Below, piece by piece: positions 1-10,611 of a DNA stretch of 41,651 nucleotides. The notes beneath the pieces are model-generated. The model was not told the origin of the DNA. It saw only the letters and a program-made list of their open reading frames with translations, and made no database searches. The DNA is from Vairimorpha necatrix (taxonomy: Eukaryota). Position 1 is the first letter of the stretch. The number at the start of each line of letters is the position of its first letter. The stretch spans positions 1,240,001 through 1,281,651 of the forward strand of contig CP142731.1 in assembly GCA_036630325.1 (NCBI GenBank), given 5' to 3'. Both the position numbers and the translations under genes were made by a program.

Positions 1-1
1 A

Positions 2-1333
2 ATGAATTCAATACTATCTCCTCATTTACATAAATTTGTACAAGTATACTTAGATGATATAATGATATATTCAAGATCGGTTAAAGAACATCTAGAACAC
101 ACGGAAGCAGTGTTTAAAATATTAGACAAATTAAAACTGAAAGTCAATCAAAAAAAATGCAAGATTGCTAAAAATTCAGTAAAATTCTTAGGTTATATGA
201 TAAACAAAGATGGAATAAGCATACCATTAGAACAACAAACCAAATGTTTACGACTTAAAGTTCCGAAAACTCTCAAAGAAACTAGGGCCTTTATCGGATT
301 TATTAATTACTTTAGGAAATTTATAAAAAACTACACAGATATAATGGCCCCGATTTATGAATGCTTGAAAAAAGGAAAATTTGAGTTTTCTGAAAGCGCT
401 AAACAAAGTGTAACCAAAATAAAAGAGATTATCACGAGCTCTCCAGTCCTTAAACTACCAGATTTTAACAGAAAGTTTATTTTATATACAGATGCATCTA
501 ATTTATACATAGGAGCAACACTAATGCAGGAATACGAGGGAATAGAAATGCCAGTATATTTTATATCAAGGAAATTAAATACGGCAGAAATCAACTATAC
601 AGTAACCGAAAAAGAGTGTCTTGCTATAATATGGAGCATAACACAATTCAGAATATATCTTACAAATACATTTATAATCCGTACAGACCACCAAGCGCTT
701 AAATGGCTACTGAGTTTTAAAGAGAGTACAGGGAGATTAATGAGATGGATTCTAACTTTAGAAAATTACTCTTACGAAATTGAGTATATTAAAGGAAAAG
801 ATAATGTAATTGCAGATGGATTAACCAGATTTGTCCATACAGTAAATAAGGACCAGGCTGATGAACTATCCGTTTCAGAAAAAAAAGAACTTATTCTAAA
901 GTGTCACGAAGAATGTGGGCATGGGAGTATATTTCCAACATACACGCTAATCCTCCAGAAAGCGCAATGGAAAGGTATTTACGCAGATATAAGAAAAGAA
1001 ATAGAAAATTGCCAAGTATGTCTGAAATTTAATCCTAAAAGAATACCCAAAGAGTATCATAGGATTCAACTGAAAGAACCATTTTCTCTAGTTGGTATCG
1101 ACATAGTAGGCCCATTGCCTAAGTCAGAAAATGGAAAGATTTATATAATTGTAGCTACCGATTACATTACTAGATGGTGTGAAGCTAAGGCCGTGAAGAA
1201 TAAAACAGCCAAAACAGTAGCCAAATTTATTTTTGAAGAGATCATATGCAGACATGGTCCACCGAACGAACTACTTTCAGATAGGGGACTCGAATTTTTG
1301 AACTCTACAGTAAAAGAATTATGTAGAATTTTT
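2..1333 (+). pseudogene. pol: Gypsy pol 5' segment (RT C-terminal part, RNase H, integrase N-terminal part and core), disrupted by Merlin insertion
   Basis: ORF 2..1378 has VYLDD, YTDAS, IRTDH, H-H-C-C and GIDIVGP. The pol sequence ends at ELCRIF (1333); the remaining codons read into the Merlin TIR. Confidence 0.93.
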
Positions 1334-2458
1334 GGATCTAGTTTGTTATACGCCCTATCCGGGCGTATAACAAACTAGGTTTTTAAAAATTTACCCTCAT
1401 GAGAACGGGTGTGTCGCAGTTTGAAAGTTACGTACAAATCCGTAGAATGCCACCTAGAGAGATGATTTCTGTTCTGCGAGAACAAAACCTTCTTTTGACC
1501 AGTATGTCCTGTTCTGAGTGTTCATCTGGCATGGTTGAGAGATCAAAGAAAGGCCCGGACCTCATATGCTGGACTTGTGATAATAAAGTGTGCAGGCTCT
1601 ACAGAAGCACAAAGAGCATTAGAACTGGATCGTTTTTTGAGGGATTTAAATTGCCATTGTCCGAGATCTACGCTATGATTATGCTTTGGAGCAAGGGAAA
1701 ACAGATTAAAGAGATCATTTCTGAGCATGGATTTAGAAGAAACAGCATCGTGGCAATTATAAACAAGTTGAGAACTATTCTTAAAGGATACTTCGAGGCT
1801 GATTCTATGAGATTGGGAGGTCCAGGTATTGTTTGCCAGATCGACGAAAGCCAGTTCGTCCACAAGATCAAACATCATCATGGCAGAGCACCATCAAGTG
1901 ATGTGTGGGTTTTTGGGATCGCAGACACCTCTTTCTCTCCTGCGAAGTGCTATATGGAGATTGTTCCCAATCGAACAGCTGCTGTTTTACTTCCGATCAT
2001 TGCTAGGATATGTAGACCTGGCACAATCATTCACTCTCATGGCTGGGGATCATATGTGAATATCGAAAGAGAGCTCGGGTTCCGTCATCTGGTTGTAAAC
2101 CACAAGACAAATTTCGTTGATCCGATAACTGGAGCCCATACCCAGAACATAGAGTCATTCTGGAATAAGATGAAGATTGTGATTAAGAAAATGTATGGTG
2201 TTCAAAAAGCACAACTTCCTGGTCTTCTAGCTGAACTGATGTTCAGAGATGAGTTTAAGCAGGCTGTGTTCATCAGAATTCTATCTTTACTAGCCATAAG
2301 CAATAAAATTAATTAATTCTAAAACAAGCCTGTTTTTTTACAATGCTGCTTTTTTATTATCATGCTAGAAAAGTTATTCTCTCTTAAAAATGTGTAATTT
2401 TTTATTCCGGGCGTATAACAAACTAGGTTTCCCTCCGGGCGCGTAGCAAACTAGATCC
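1334..2458 (+). mobile_element. Merlin (IS1016/ISXO2-like) DNA transposon, 1125 bp
   Basis: TIRs GGATCTAGTTTGTTATACGCCC (1334-1355) and GGGCGCGTAGCAAACTAGATCC (2437-2458) match at 19/22. 8-bp TSD GAATTTTT at 1326-1333 and 2459-2466. Single transposase ORF. Confidence 0.95.
1399..2316 (+). CDS. Merlin/IS1595-family DDE transposase (second catalytic Asp appears replaced by His)
   Basis: N-terminal Cys zinc ribbon (CSEC...C...C), SIRTGSFFE, LGGPGIVCQIDESQF, VNH...FVDP.TGAHTQNIESFW. CCC motif just before the ATG (TTTACCCTCATG). Confidence 0.92.
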   Translation: MRTGVSQFESYVQIRRMPPREMISVLREQNLLLTSMSCSECSSGMVERSKKGPDLICWTCDNKVCRLYRSTKSIRTGSFFEGFKLPLSEIYAMIMLWSKGKQIKEIISEHGFRRNSIVAIINKLRTILKGYFEADSMRLGGPGIVCQIDESQFVHKIKHHHGRAPSSDVWVFGIADTSFSPAKCYMEIVPNRTAAVLLPIIARICRPGTIIHSHGWGSYVNIERELGFRHLVVNHKTNFVDPITGAHTQNIESFWNKMKIVIKKMYGVQKAQLPGLLAELMFRDEFKQAVFIRILSLLAISNKIN

Positions 2459-2466
2459 GAATTTTT

Positions 2467-3114
2467 CATGTGCGAAAATCTTTTACTTCGTCTTACCATC
2501 CTCAATGTAATGGTACAGTTGAAAGAACCAATCAATCGCTGGTAGCTAAACTGGCCAAAATAACTAATGAAAGATGGAAAGAATGGGACGAATATTTAGA
2601 ACTAGCACTATATGCTTATCGTATTTCTCCAAGGAAGAAAACGGGATTTTCACCATTTGAATTATTGTATGGACGTAAGCCACAAGAATGGGATCAGACT
2701 AACCAAGAGATAGTACCCATGGAACCTAATCTATTGATATTTGAAAGATTAAACCAAACTCGAGAAATAATGCTTCAAGCAGAGAGAGAAGCACGGGAAA
2801 GAGAAATGGGAAATGTGAAAGAACAGGCTTTTAAAGTAGGGGATATAGTACTGAGGAGAAAACCTCCAATCAATATAAAAAATAAACTGGACAGTAAATT
2901 TGAAGGACTTTACACTATAACTAAGATAGGAAAAAGGGGTGCGTATGAAATAACTAGTCCAAATAATGTTGTTTTCTCGGTGAATCAGAAAGATTTAAAA
3001 AAAATGGATTTTGAAAAGGAAACTTGGGAGCCGATAAGGAAGGGGGGAGTGTCAAGGGACAGATCTCCAGTGGTCCTAAGATTGCCCTGGAGACCAGAGA
3101 ATACCATACTATAG
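2467..3114 (+). pseudogene. pol: Gypsy pol 3' segment (integrase core end and C-terminal domain)
   Basis: HVRKSFTSSYHPQCNGTVERTN, TGFSPFELLYGR and GPY/F-like FEGLYTI. Continues the 2..1333 frame exactly once Merlin and one TSD copy are removed. The stop codon lies in the 3' LTR. Confidence 0.93.
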
Positions 3115-3275
3115 GTATTCTTCTTCTTCTCTCCAATTATGTTTTGGAGGGAAATACTTTATTTTCCCTCCCACAAACATAAAAGAAAATCATACCCAGA
3201 AGGGTATGAAGAAGTTAAATAAAACATTAAGTAAAACTAACTCTTCTCGGACTGCTGGGCAACCAGTAGTCCACA
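3050..3275 (+). repeat. 3' LTR of element A (226 bp)
   Basis: Starts TGTCAAG immediately after the PPT and ends AGTCCACA. Aligns end to end with the solo LTR at 17701-17932. Confidence 0.92.
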
Positions 3276-5448
3276 GTATATATACGGTCTCTTTTGCTGG
3301 CGTGCTTATTTCTATTGCATAATTTATTAAGCCTATTAAGACAGAAGTACACAATCTTGATTCGTATTGTTTTTTAATAAATCTGTGAAATATTATGAAA
3401 TGATTTCATTTCTTATTTTGAAATTAATATTATGGTCAAATTAATAGAAAGCATTTTTTACGGATATTAATATATTATACAATTTGTAGTAATGACTTTC
3501 TATACTTTAGTGCTTAAGCACAATTAAAACTCAATTATATTATACTCTATTTCAATAAAAATATCATCTATGCAATAGTAAAAAGTCAAATTTATCTAGA
3601 CCATAAGATTATTTTTCAAAATCTCTAAATTAAGTCAGCCATATCATGTACTTCTTTTTCGAAAACATTAAAGCAACTTTTATATATGAACATTTTGCAT
3701 TTTTATTTACAAGTCTAACATTCCTCGATGTAAAAAAACAAAGAGTAACATCTTATTAGAAGTACAAAGGCCTTATAGTTCTGGAGTTATACATACGGCT
3801 ATTTTAAGTTGACTACAAGATTTATTGATACTTTAAAGAACTATTTGTTTAAATCATATTCAAAAAAATTAGATTAATTTTGTTCACAGATGAGTTCATC
3901 AATCTTAAACAATGACAAATAACTGTTTATTTTAATGCAACGGGATTTTTGTTTCTCAAATGATAACTAACTCAATTATTTACCTATGCTAAGCGCACGG
4001 GGGGGGGGTTTGTAATATTTAAGAGCCTCTGAAGAAACTCGTGTTTTCTCTAGTATAAAAAATCTATTTTTTTTCATTAGTGTTCTTTATCTTTATTTTG
4101 AATGAGTTATTATTTTTTAGTCTTGTAAAAACTAAATGACCAAAAGGGGAAAATATTTTTTTTACTTTTTTTATAGATATATACGAAAAATATCTCCCTT
4201 TTACATTATTTCATCTACTGGTATTTTGTATTAAAAATAATTGGTACAGCATTTTATTACTTTTTTATGTATGTCTGGGAGCTATGAAGAATAAAGCTTG
4301 GTAATTTTTTTAGTACAGATCTATTGTTTTTTCATTTAAAATATAATTTTCATTCACAATTTTCTTATTTTAATTCTATTTATTGTAAAAATGACTTTAA
4401 AATAAGCATCGCGTGTGAATTTGCTAATCCAATCAAAAAATCTCATAATACGTAGTATCTCCCCTCTCGAAGATCTTTCTTACACAATTAGCCTATAATT
4501 ATTATTAAAAAATTAATTCACCAGATGCATGACTTTTACATACCACATACCCTCCAAATCATAATTTCATATGTTTGCGTAATGCACCAAATATCTACTA
4601 TAATAAACATATTAGAATATTTTGCGTTTGCATTTAAGATTCTGCCCTTCTATTTGAATTCGTTATTTCCTTTGTTAACACGTTTATTAATCGTTTTAAG
4701 CAGTTCTTTACCATTTCCTGTACATTATACATGCGGTTTTCTTTATTTGAGTATATTTTTTTCAGTAAGATAATTGTATTATTAATTTTATTGTTATATA
4801 AACTATAAAAATATAAACAATCTCTTCCATGAATTCTGTTTCTTGAAATAACAAACAAACTCTTTATCTATTATTGTTTGATCATCTATTTACTTGTTTA
4901 TGTCATATTCTAAATTTACTGCATAACGATCAGACTTCTTATAAAAGTCTCTTTTTTCCTGTTAATGTTTTATTAAATTCAAAAGACTGTCAATTCAAAC
5001 TTTTTCGTGCTTTGTTTAAATTTATAGTTTTTGTATTGTTACTAAATATAACATTTTTTGTAATAAAAATAGCTTCTTTGCAATCACGTTTGCAAAATTG
5101 TTGAGCTTTAACATGAGTTCTTTATTTGCGACATTATAACAGAAATGTCAAAAACATCAAAGTTCATTTTGTTTTTATGTTGCGTTTCAAACTTACAAAA
5201 ATTCACATTATAAAAATTTATAAAAAATAAAGCATATTTTCTATGATTTTGTCGACTCAAATAACATACCTAATTGATTGTTTTTTTGCACTTGTTTGAA
5301 AGTTGAAAAGGCAAAATTTGAAGGAGCAAAAACAAAAAAATGTATAAAATTGCAATAAAATATATAAAATTCTTTTTTATTGTATTAATTTATTAAATGT
5401 CTTCATTTGTTTGATCAAGATTTATCTAAGTAAACAATTAATCTATTA

Positions 5449-5587
5449 TGTACAGGATGATAATCTAGTTAACTGAGATTATCCTGTATAACTTTTGTAA
5501 ATACTTACCATAAAGTCTTAATCAAAATATTTACAATAAATAATAAATAAAAATTTTCTATAAAGAAAAAGGCAAAATTTTTTAACA
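5449..5587 (+). repeat. Degraded 5' LTR of an old retroelement, followed by a PBS-like sequence and probable gag remnant to about 5950
   Basis: TGTACAGGATGATAATCTAG...TTTAACA is homologous to the minus-strand solo LTR 24334-24493. It is followed by TGACGACAAC (TGGCGAC-like) and purine-rich coding-like sequence. Confidence 0.7.
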
Positions 5588-5953
5588 AATGACGACAACG
5601 CAGATGACGAGGAACTAACAGAGAAGCATATTTCCAGGAAGACAGATGAGATACTCGAGAACAACTAGCTCTTCTTGAAGTTTTATTAAAGGCACATGCA
5701 ACTTCTGAAGATTTGATGGAGAAATGCAAAAGCTAAATAGTTCTTACTCCAATGCAAAACATCTAGAGAGTTGTGGACTGAAGAGGGATATTTTAGTTTT
5801 ATAAAAACTAATCTCACAGTAACAGCCCAACGCTGGTTTACGCTCAAGAAATAATATGCTTGATAGTGTCGTTTTTTTTTACAAAAAAATTCTAGAAGTA
5901 CTTCAGCTCCGAAGAAGTTTTTAGTAATCATAAAAAATCATTATATTATTATA

Positions 5954-5991
5954 TGTGGGATTTAAAACCCTCAATAAATAAATGGTTTACA
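5954..5991 (+). repeat. 5' LTR of element B (38 bp)
   Basis: TGTGGGATTTAAAACCCTCAATAAATAAATGGTTTACA directly followed by the PBS. Confidence 0.85.
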
Positions 5992-7151
5992 TGGCGAACA
6001 CAAGCGAAAACGGGGTAACAAGTGAGACCCGCGTTCAAGAGAACAGAAAAATTTTCAAAGAAGCTAATAGAGTAGAAGCGATTATCAGAATTTAGGAAGA
6101 AGTAAATGAAATGACACTGAAGCAGGCGATAAAACAATTAATTATTAAACTTTATGATTTTATTATTGATATAAATATAATCAGTATGACAAATTGGACG
6201 ATATTATTGAAGAAATTGGAAAATTAGTTGTTGAAGAGGAAGAGAATGAGAACAAGGAAAAGATAAGGAGGAGAGAACTAGAAGATATGGTAGAGGTCAT
6301 GAAAGAAAAATTTTGAAGAGAGATTAAAGGAGAATTGCCCAGGAAAGTAGCAGTGCATGGAAGACATTCTTATTATAAAAGATGAGAAGAAAAATATTGT
6401 TTTGTATGTGGTAAAATGGGACACATAGCTAAGAAGTTTTCATAACGTAAAGGAAATGAAAAAGATCAAGTTAATAAAGAAAATAAAAATTTGGACTTTT
6501 TGCATGCTAAAAGTGAAAATCAATGTAAAAGAAGTAAAAGTAATTTGACTATAGAAGAATTAGAAAATAGATTGTGGTGCGAGCTGCCTTCCTGGCCGCT
6601 CGGCTTGTTTAAATAATTTGCTTTTGTATAATATTTGTTAACTTTAGTTCTTTTAATCACTCGGTGAAGGGCTAGAAATTCATCCTTTTATTTTTATTTT
6701 TAATAAATGTCAAGCATATCATTAATTGGGGGGAAAGCCGGTCTCTTGTACAGCTTTCCATATTCTGGCCATATTCACTAGAATAGACATTTTCTTATTC
6801 GTCATTTGTTTGTTGACGAAGACGTATTTGTTTACGTGTATGACTCGGCCGTAATTGAGATATGACAGTCGAGGGATTCAAATATTAGAGTCTCACTGGG
6901 CCTGTAATAGGTACAGGAAGGATGTCGTGTGACATAGATATCCCGAGGTATTTAAAATAAGACCAGATGAAAAGATAAAATACTTAACAGGAGAAAATGT
7001 CTAATCTAGACAAAATTAAGGGGAGAAAATAGTGAGAAAAGGGCAAGTTGTTCCCAGAGCCTTAAATCAAAGTTTGTTATGTATTGGAAGATTTGAGAAA
7101 AAGAAGGATTATTAGGAAGTCGAAATATATGCGGCGAAACCCTATTAGGGC
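5982..7151 (+). pseudogene. Element B gag and RT N-terminus remnant (split by solo LTR 6573-6934)
   Basis: MVYMANT start, zinc knuckle remnant CFVCGKMGHIAKK near 6398, EELENR|YPEVF across the solo LTR, RRNPIRA at the element C junction. Many stops. Confidence 0.75.
6573..6934. mobile_element. Solo LTR (362 bp) inserted in element B
   Basis: TGTGG...TGACA termini with 5-bp TSD TAGAT (6568-6572 and 6935-6939). Removal restores the host frame ENRYPEVF. Confidence 0.88.
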
Positions 7152-7238
7152 TGTTGATATTTTTATATTTTTATATTTTTATTACCCCAATTTTTAAGAT
7201 GAGTAAGGAAGTGGAGGAGAAGAATCTCATAAATAAAA
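7152..7238 (+). repeat. 5' LTR of element C (87 bp, TG...AA)
   Basis: Identical to 10520-10606. Contains T-rich repeats, CCCC, the gag ATG (7199) and AATAAA. Confidence 0.92.
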
Positions 7239-10200
7239 TGGTGGAGAATATGAAAACAAAGCCAGTTGAAACTACCATCAAAAAGGAAAATTTGATGAGT
7301 GAATGTAGAAGGTTAGAAAATATGACCTTCTTCAGAGAAATGTGCGATGAGAGGAAAATCGAATATTTGATTGGAAGAGCTGACTACTTTATAGTAGATT
7401 GGCACCATGAGTTGATGGACACTAAAAGGAGGTGTTCGTTGGATTACGAAAAATGGAAAGAGTTGGCTAGAACCGAATTTGAAAAGAAAAGGCTTACTAT
7501 AGGGGAGTTATATCGCATGGTACAACAAGATGAAGAAACTATACCAACGTTTATAGAAAGAGTTAGAGATTCAGCCAGAGAGTACAAACTTGCAAAAAAG
7601 GAAATCATTGATATAATTACAGCTGGACTTAAAACAGGAATGGGCGATGTAAAAAGATTTTTATTGGCAAATAGTGATATTACAGATGAAAATCTAGAGA
7701 CAATCAAGAAATTGGAAAGTGAGTGTACAGCTGAATTACACCGAATTAATGATTTAAAATTGATGATTGAAAAAATTGATACTCTTAAATTTCAGGGGAA
7801 GAAAACAGTTAAATGTTACAACTGTAATAGCTTAGGCCATTATGCTAGAGATTGTCGAAAGCCAAAGAGAAGTGAAAATCTTAGGAGAAACATTAATGAA
7901 ATTACTGAAGAACTTAGAGATTTATTAAATAAAGAAAATTCAGTTTACATTTGTGGAGAGAAGGTTCCAGTATTGTTTGATACAGGTGCAAATTATAATT
8001 TTATAAGTAGTGCTAGTGTAGCAAGATTCAACCTTTTAACACATAATAACACAAGGAAATTAAGATTTTGGACATGTTTGGAAGAATCATTTGTGATAAA
8101 AAGACATGTTATATTAAATTATACATATAAAGGACATTTATATAGATCAAAGTTTTATATATTGCCAAAAGTACGAACTGAAAAAATCCTATTTGGTAGA
8201 GAAACATTAATTAGACTTAATAATATTGAGAAACTGAGTTATACATGTGAAATCAAAACACCTGAAGGCTCAAAAGTGATCGAAAAGATATATAATTTAC
8301 CAAAGAAATTGGAAGCAGAAATTGAAATTGCTATTAATAAATTATTAGAAAAGGGATATATACAAAACTCAAAATCAACGTGGGTTAGTAATTTGAGACC
8401 CGTGATAAAGCCAGATGGCACTGTAAGGGTTACAACCAATTTAATAGCACTTAATAGGTTGGTAGAACAGGATAATTATTCTTTACCAAGAATAGATGAA
8501 ATCCTTTGTAATTTAAGAGACATGACAGTATTTTCTAAATTGGATTTGAAGGATGGATTTTTTCAAATTCCTTTGGCACCGAAAGATAGATATAAAACGG
8601 CATTCAGATATAAACATAAATTATATGAGTGGAAAGTAATGCCACAGGGGTTTAAGAATGCTCCAGCAATATTTCAACGAAAAATGGATAAAGTTTTGAG
8701 AGATGAAATTGGTAAAAGTTGTTTCTGCTACGTAGATGATATTCTAATATTTGGAAAAACTGCAAAAGAGCACGACGAATCATATAATAGAATTCGAAAA
8801 CTTTTACTAGAAAATAATCTCAAAATCAATGAGGAAAAGTGTGTATTTAGACAATCCGAAGTTCTATTCCTGGGATACAAAATTAAACACAACATCATTA
8901 TTCCGCTCATAGATAAGATGCAAGCTATTGAGGATTTAAAACCACCTAAGGACAAAAAACAGATTCAAGAATTTTTAGGTGCCATAAACTATTATAGAAA
9001 ATTCATTAAAAACTGTTCAATTGTATGTGGTCCTTTGTATGAATTATTGAAAAATAAGAAAGAATTCAAATGGACGAATATAGAAGAGAACGCTTTTAAA
9101 GAAGTTAAAAGAATTTTTATTAATACGGTAGGACTATTTCAGCCAGATTGGTCAAAAGAATTTAAACTAGAGACCGACGCTTCAAATGAAGGTATAGCTG
9201 CAATACTCTCGCAAAATTTTGATGGAGATGAAAAACCAATTGCATTTGCATCGAGAAGGTTATTAGAACATGAGATTAAATATAGTATCAGCGAAAAGGA
9301 ATGTCTGGCCATGTTATGGGCAATGGAACACTTTCGATATTTTTTATACGGTACACATTTTGAAATTATCACAGATCATAAAGCGTTAGAAGCATTAAAT
9401 AAGGGTCAAATTAAGTCTCTGAGAATACAAAGATGGCTAGATAGAATGTCATTGTTTAATTTTAGAATTAGATATAGACGAGGTAAAGAAATTCCTCACG
9501 TGGATTGCCTAAGTCGAAATTCTGGATTGGCAACAAACGACAAGAGATTAAATTTACACGAAGGATCGATAAATCAATGTGAAGAAATGGACGAAAAGAA
9601 AATGCTTCAGATGATTCGCGAAATTCATAATGAGTTACTTCACCGTGGGATACAATCAGTAAAATATGAGATGTATAAAAGAGGTATTAATATAAAAAAT
9701 TCACAAAAATTGATTAGAAAAATTATAGATTCGTGTGAAACATGCAACGAGTACAATTCTAAAAAATCTAAACAATACATATTTGTTACCTCGTATGCAA
9801 AGGGAGAAAAAATTGCTATAGATATAATAGGTCCAATAAACACACAATACATTATAACTGGGATTGATTATTTTACGAGAAAAGGATTTGCTAAAGTGAT
9901 AAATAAGAGAAAAGATGAAAATGTAGTTAACTTTCTAAAAGAAATAAGTTCATCTATGTCTTTGAAGACATTGATCCTGGATCAATCGAAAGAAAATCTC
10001 AGTAGTAAGGTAAAAATGTTTTGCCAAGCAAATAAAATAGAATTACATTATACCACACCTTTCCATCACCAGTCAAATGGGCGTGTAGAAAGGTTTAATC
10101 GTACTTTACAAGATTTAATTTATAAAAATAAAAAGGAAAAATTACTTACTGAAAAGGTTAACAGAGGAATAGAGATATACAATAATAGCTATCATTCGGC

Positions 10201-10510
10201 TACGAGGATGACGCCAAATGAAGCTTTCTCGTTAGAAAATACGGATGAATTAAAAAATGCACAAATTAAGAATATTGTTGCATATAATACAGCCCAAATG
10301 AGGAAACCAAAAGAAATTAAATTAAATATGGGCGATATAGTAATTATCAAAGAAGAAGGAATAATAAAGAAGGGACAACCTAGATTTAAATTAAGGGGTA
10401 AAATTCATAAATGTTTAGAGGGTAATACGTACATGATAGACACCGGTAAAAGAATGTTTAAAAGGCATATATCTCAACTCAAACTTGTCATTGATGACCC
10501 CATCCTTTAA
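7199..10510 (+). CDS. Gag-Pol polyprotein (Gag with CCHC knuckle, aspartic protease, RT, RNase H, integrase), 1103 aa from the first ATG
   Basis: CYNCNSLGHYARDC, LFDTGA, YVDD, ETDAS...ITDH, H-H-C-C, AIDIIG/ILDQS/VERFN. The frame is uninterrupted; first ATG at 7199 follows a CCCC motif. Confidence 0.95.
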   Translation: MSKEVEEKNLINKMVENMKTKPVETTIKKENLMSECRRLENMTFFREMCDERKIEYLIGRADYFIVDWHHELMDTKRRCSLDYEKWKELARTEFEKKRLTIGELYRMVQQDEETIPTFIERVRDSAREYKLAKKEIIDIITAGLKTGMGDVKRFLLANSDITDENLETIKKLESECTAELHRINDLKLMIEKIDTLKFQGKKTVKCYNCNSLGHYARDCRKPKRSENLRRNINEITEELRDLLNKENSVYICGEKVPVLFDTGANYNFISSASVARFNLLTHNNTRKLRFWTCLEESFVIKRHVILNYTYKGHLYRSKFYILPKVRTEKILFGRETLIRLNNIEKLSYTCEIKTPEGSKVIEKIYNLPKKLEAEIEIAINKLLEKGYIQNSKSTWVSNLRPVIKPDGTVRVTTNLIALNRLVEQDNYSLPRIDEILCNLRDMTVFSKLDLKDGFFQIPLAPKDRYKTAFRYKHKLYEWKVMPQGFKNAPAIFQRKMDKVLRDEIGKSCFCYVDDILIFGKTAKEHDESYNRIRKLLLENNLKINEEKCVFRQSEVLFLGYKIKHNIIIPLIDKMQAIEDLKPPKDKKQIQEFLGAINYYRKFIKNCSIVCGPLYELLKNKKEFKWTNIEENAFKEVKRIFINTVGLFQPDWSKEFKLETDASNEGIAAILSQNFDGDEKPIAFASRRLLEHEIKYSISEKECLAMLWAMEHFRYFLYGTHFEIITDHKALEALNKGQIKSLRIQRWLDRMSLFNFRIRYRRGKEIPHVDCLSRNSGLATNDKRLNLHEGSINQCEEMDEKKMLQMIREIHNELLHRGIQSVKYEMYKRGINIKNSQKLIRKIIDSCETCNEYNSKKSKQYIFVTSYAKGEKIAIDIIGPINTQYIITGIDYFTRKGFAKVINKRKDENVVNFLKEISSSMSLKTLILDQSKENLSSKVKMFCQANKIELHYTTPFHHQSNGRVERFNRTLQDLIYKNKKEKLLTEKVNRGIEIYNNSYHSATRMTPNEAFSLENTDELKNAQIKNIVAYNTAQMRKPKEIKLNMGDIVIIKEEGIIKKGQPRFKLRGKIHKCLEGNTYMIDTGKRMFKRHISQLKLVIDDPIL

Positions 10511-10519
10511 GCGGAGGGA

Positions 10520-10606
10520 TGTTGATATTTTTATATTTTTATATTTTTATTACCCCAATTTTTAAGATGAGTAAGGAAGTGGAGGAGAAGAATCTCATAA
10601 ATAAAA
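10520..10606 (+). repeat. 3' LTR of element C (87 bp)
   Basis: Follows the PPT, is identical to the 5' LTR and is followed by TSD AGGGC. Confidence 0.92.
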
Positions 10607-10611
10607 AGGGC

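Larger units (their letters stand above)
1..3275 (+). mobile_element. Ty3/Gypsy LTR retrotransposon 'A' (5' part outside window), interrupted by a Merlin transposon
   Basis: Domain order RT (YLDD), RNase H (TDAS...TDH), integrase (HHCC, DIVGP, SDRG, VERTN). Polypurine tract AAGGAAGGGGGGAG 3036-3049 is followed by a TG...CA LTR at 3050-3275. Confidence 0.95.
7152..10606 (+). mobile_element. Intact Ty3/Gypsy element 'C' (3455 bp) nested in element B
   Basis: Identical 87-bp direct repeats 7152-7238 and 10520-10606 with TSD AGGGC (7147-7151 and 10607-10611). PBS TGGTGGAGA at 7239; PPT GCGGAGGGA 10511-10519. Removal restores host NPIRAIKKPNG. Confidence 0.95.

Noticed and set aside
7154-7198. 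N-terminal extension MIFLYFYIFITPIFK of the 1118-aa ORF, resembling a signal peptide
   Set aside because: Starts at TTG inside the T-rich LTR; the first ATG is at 7199, after the CCCC motif.
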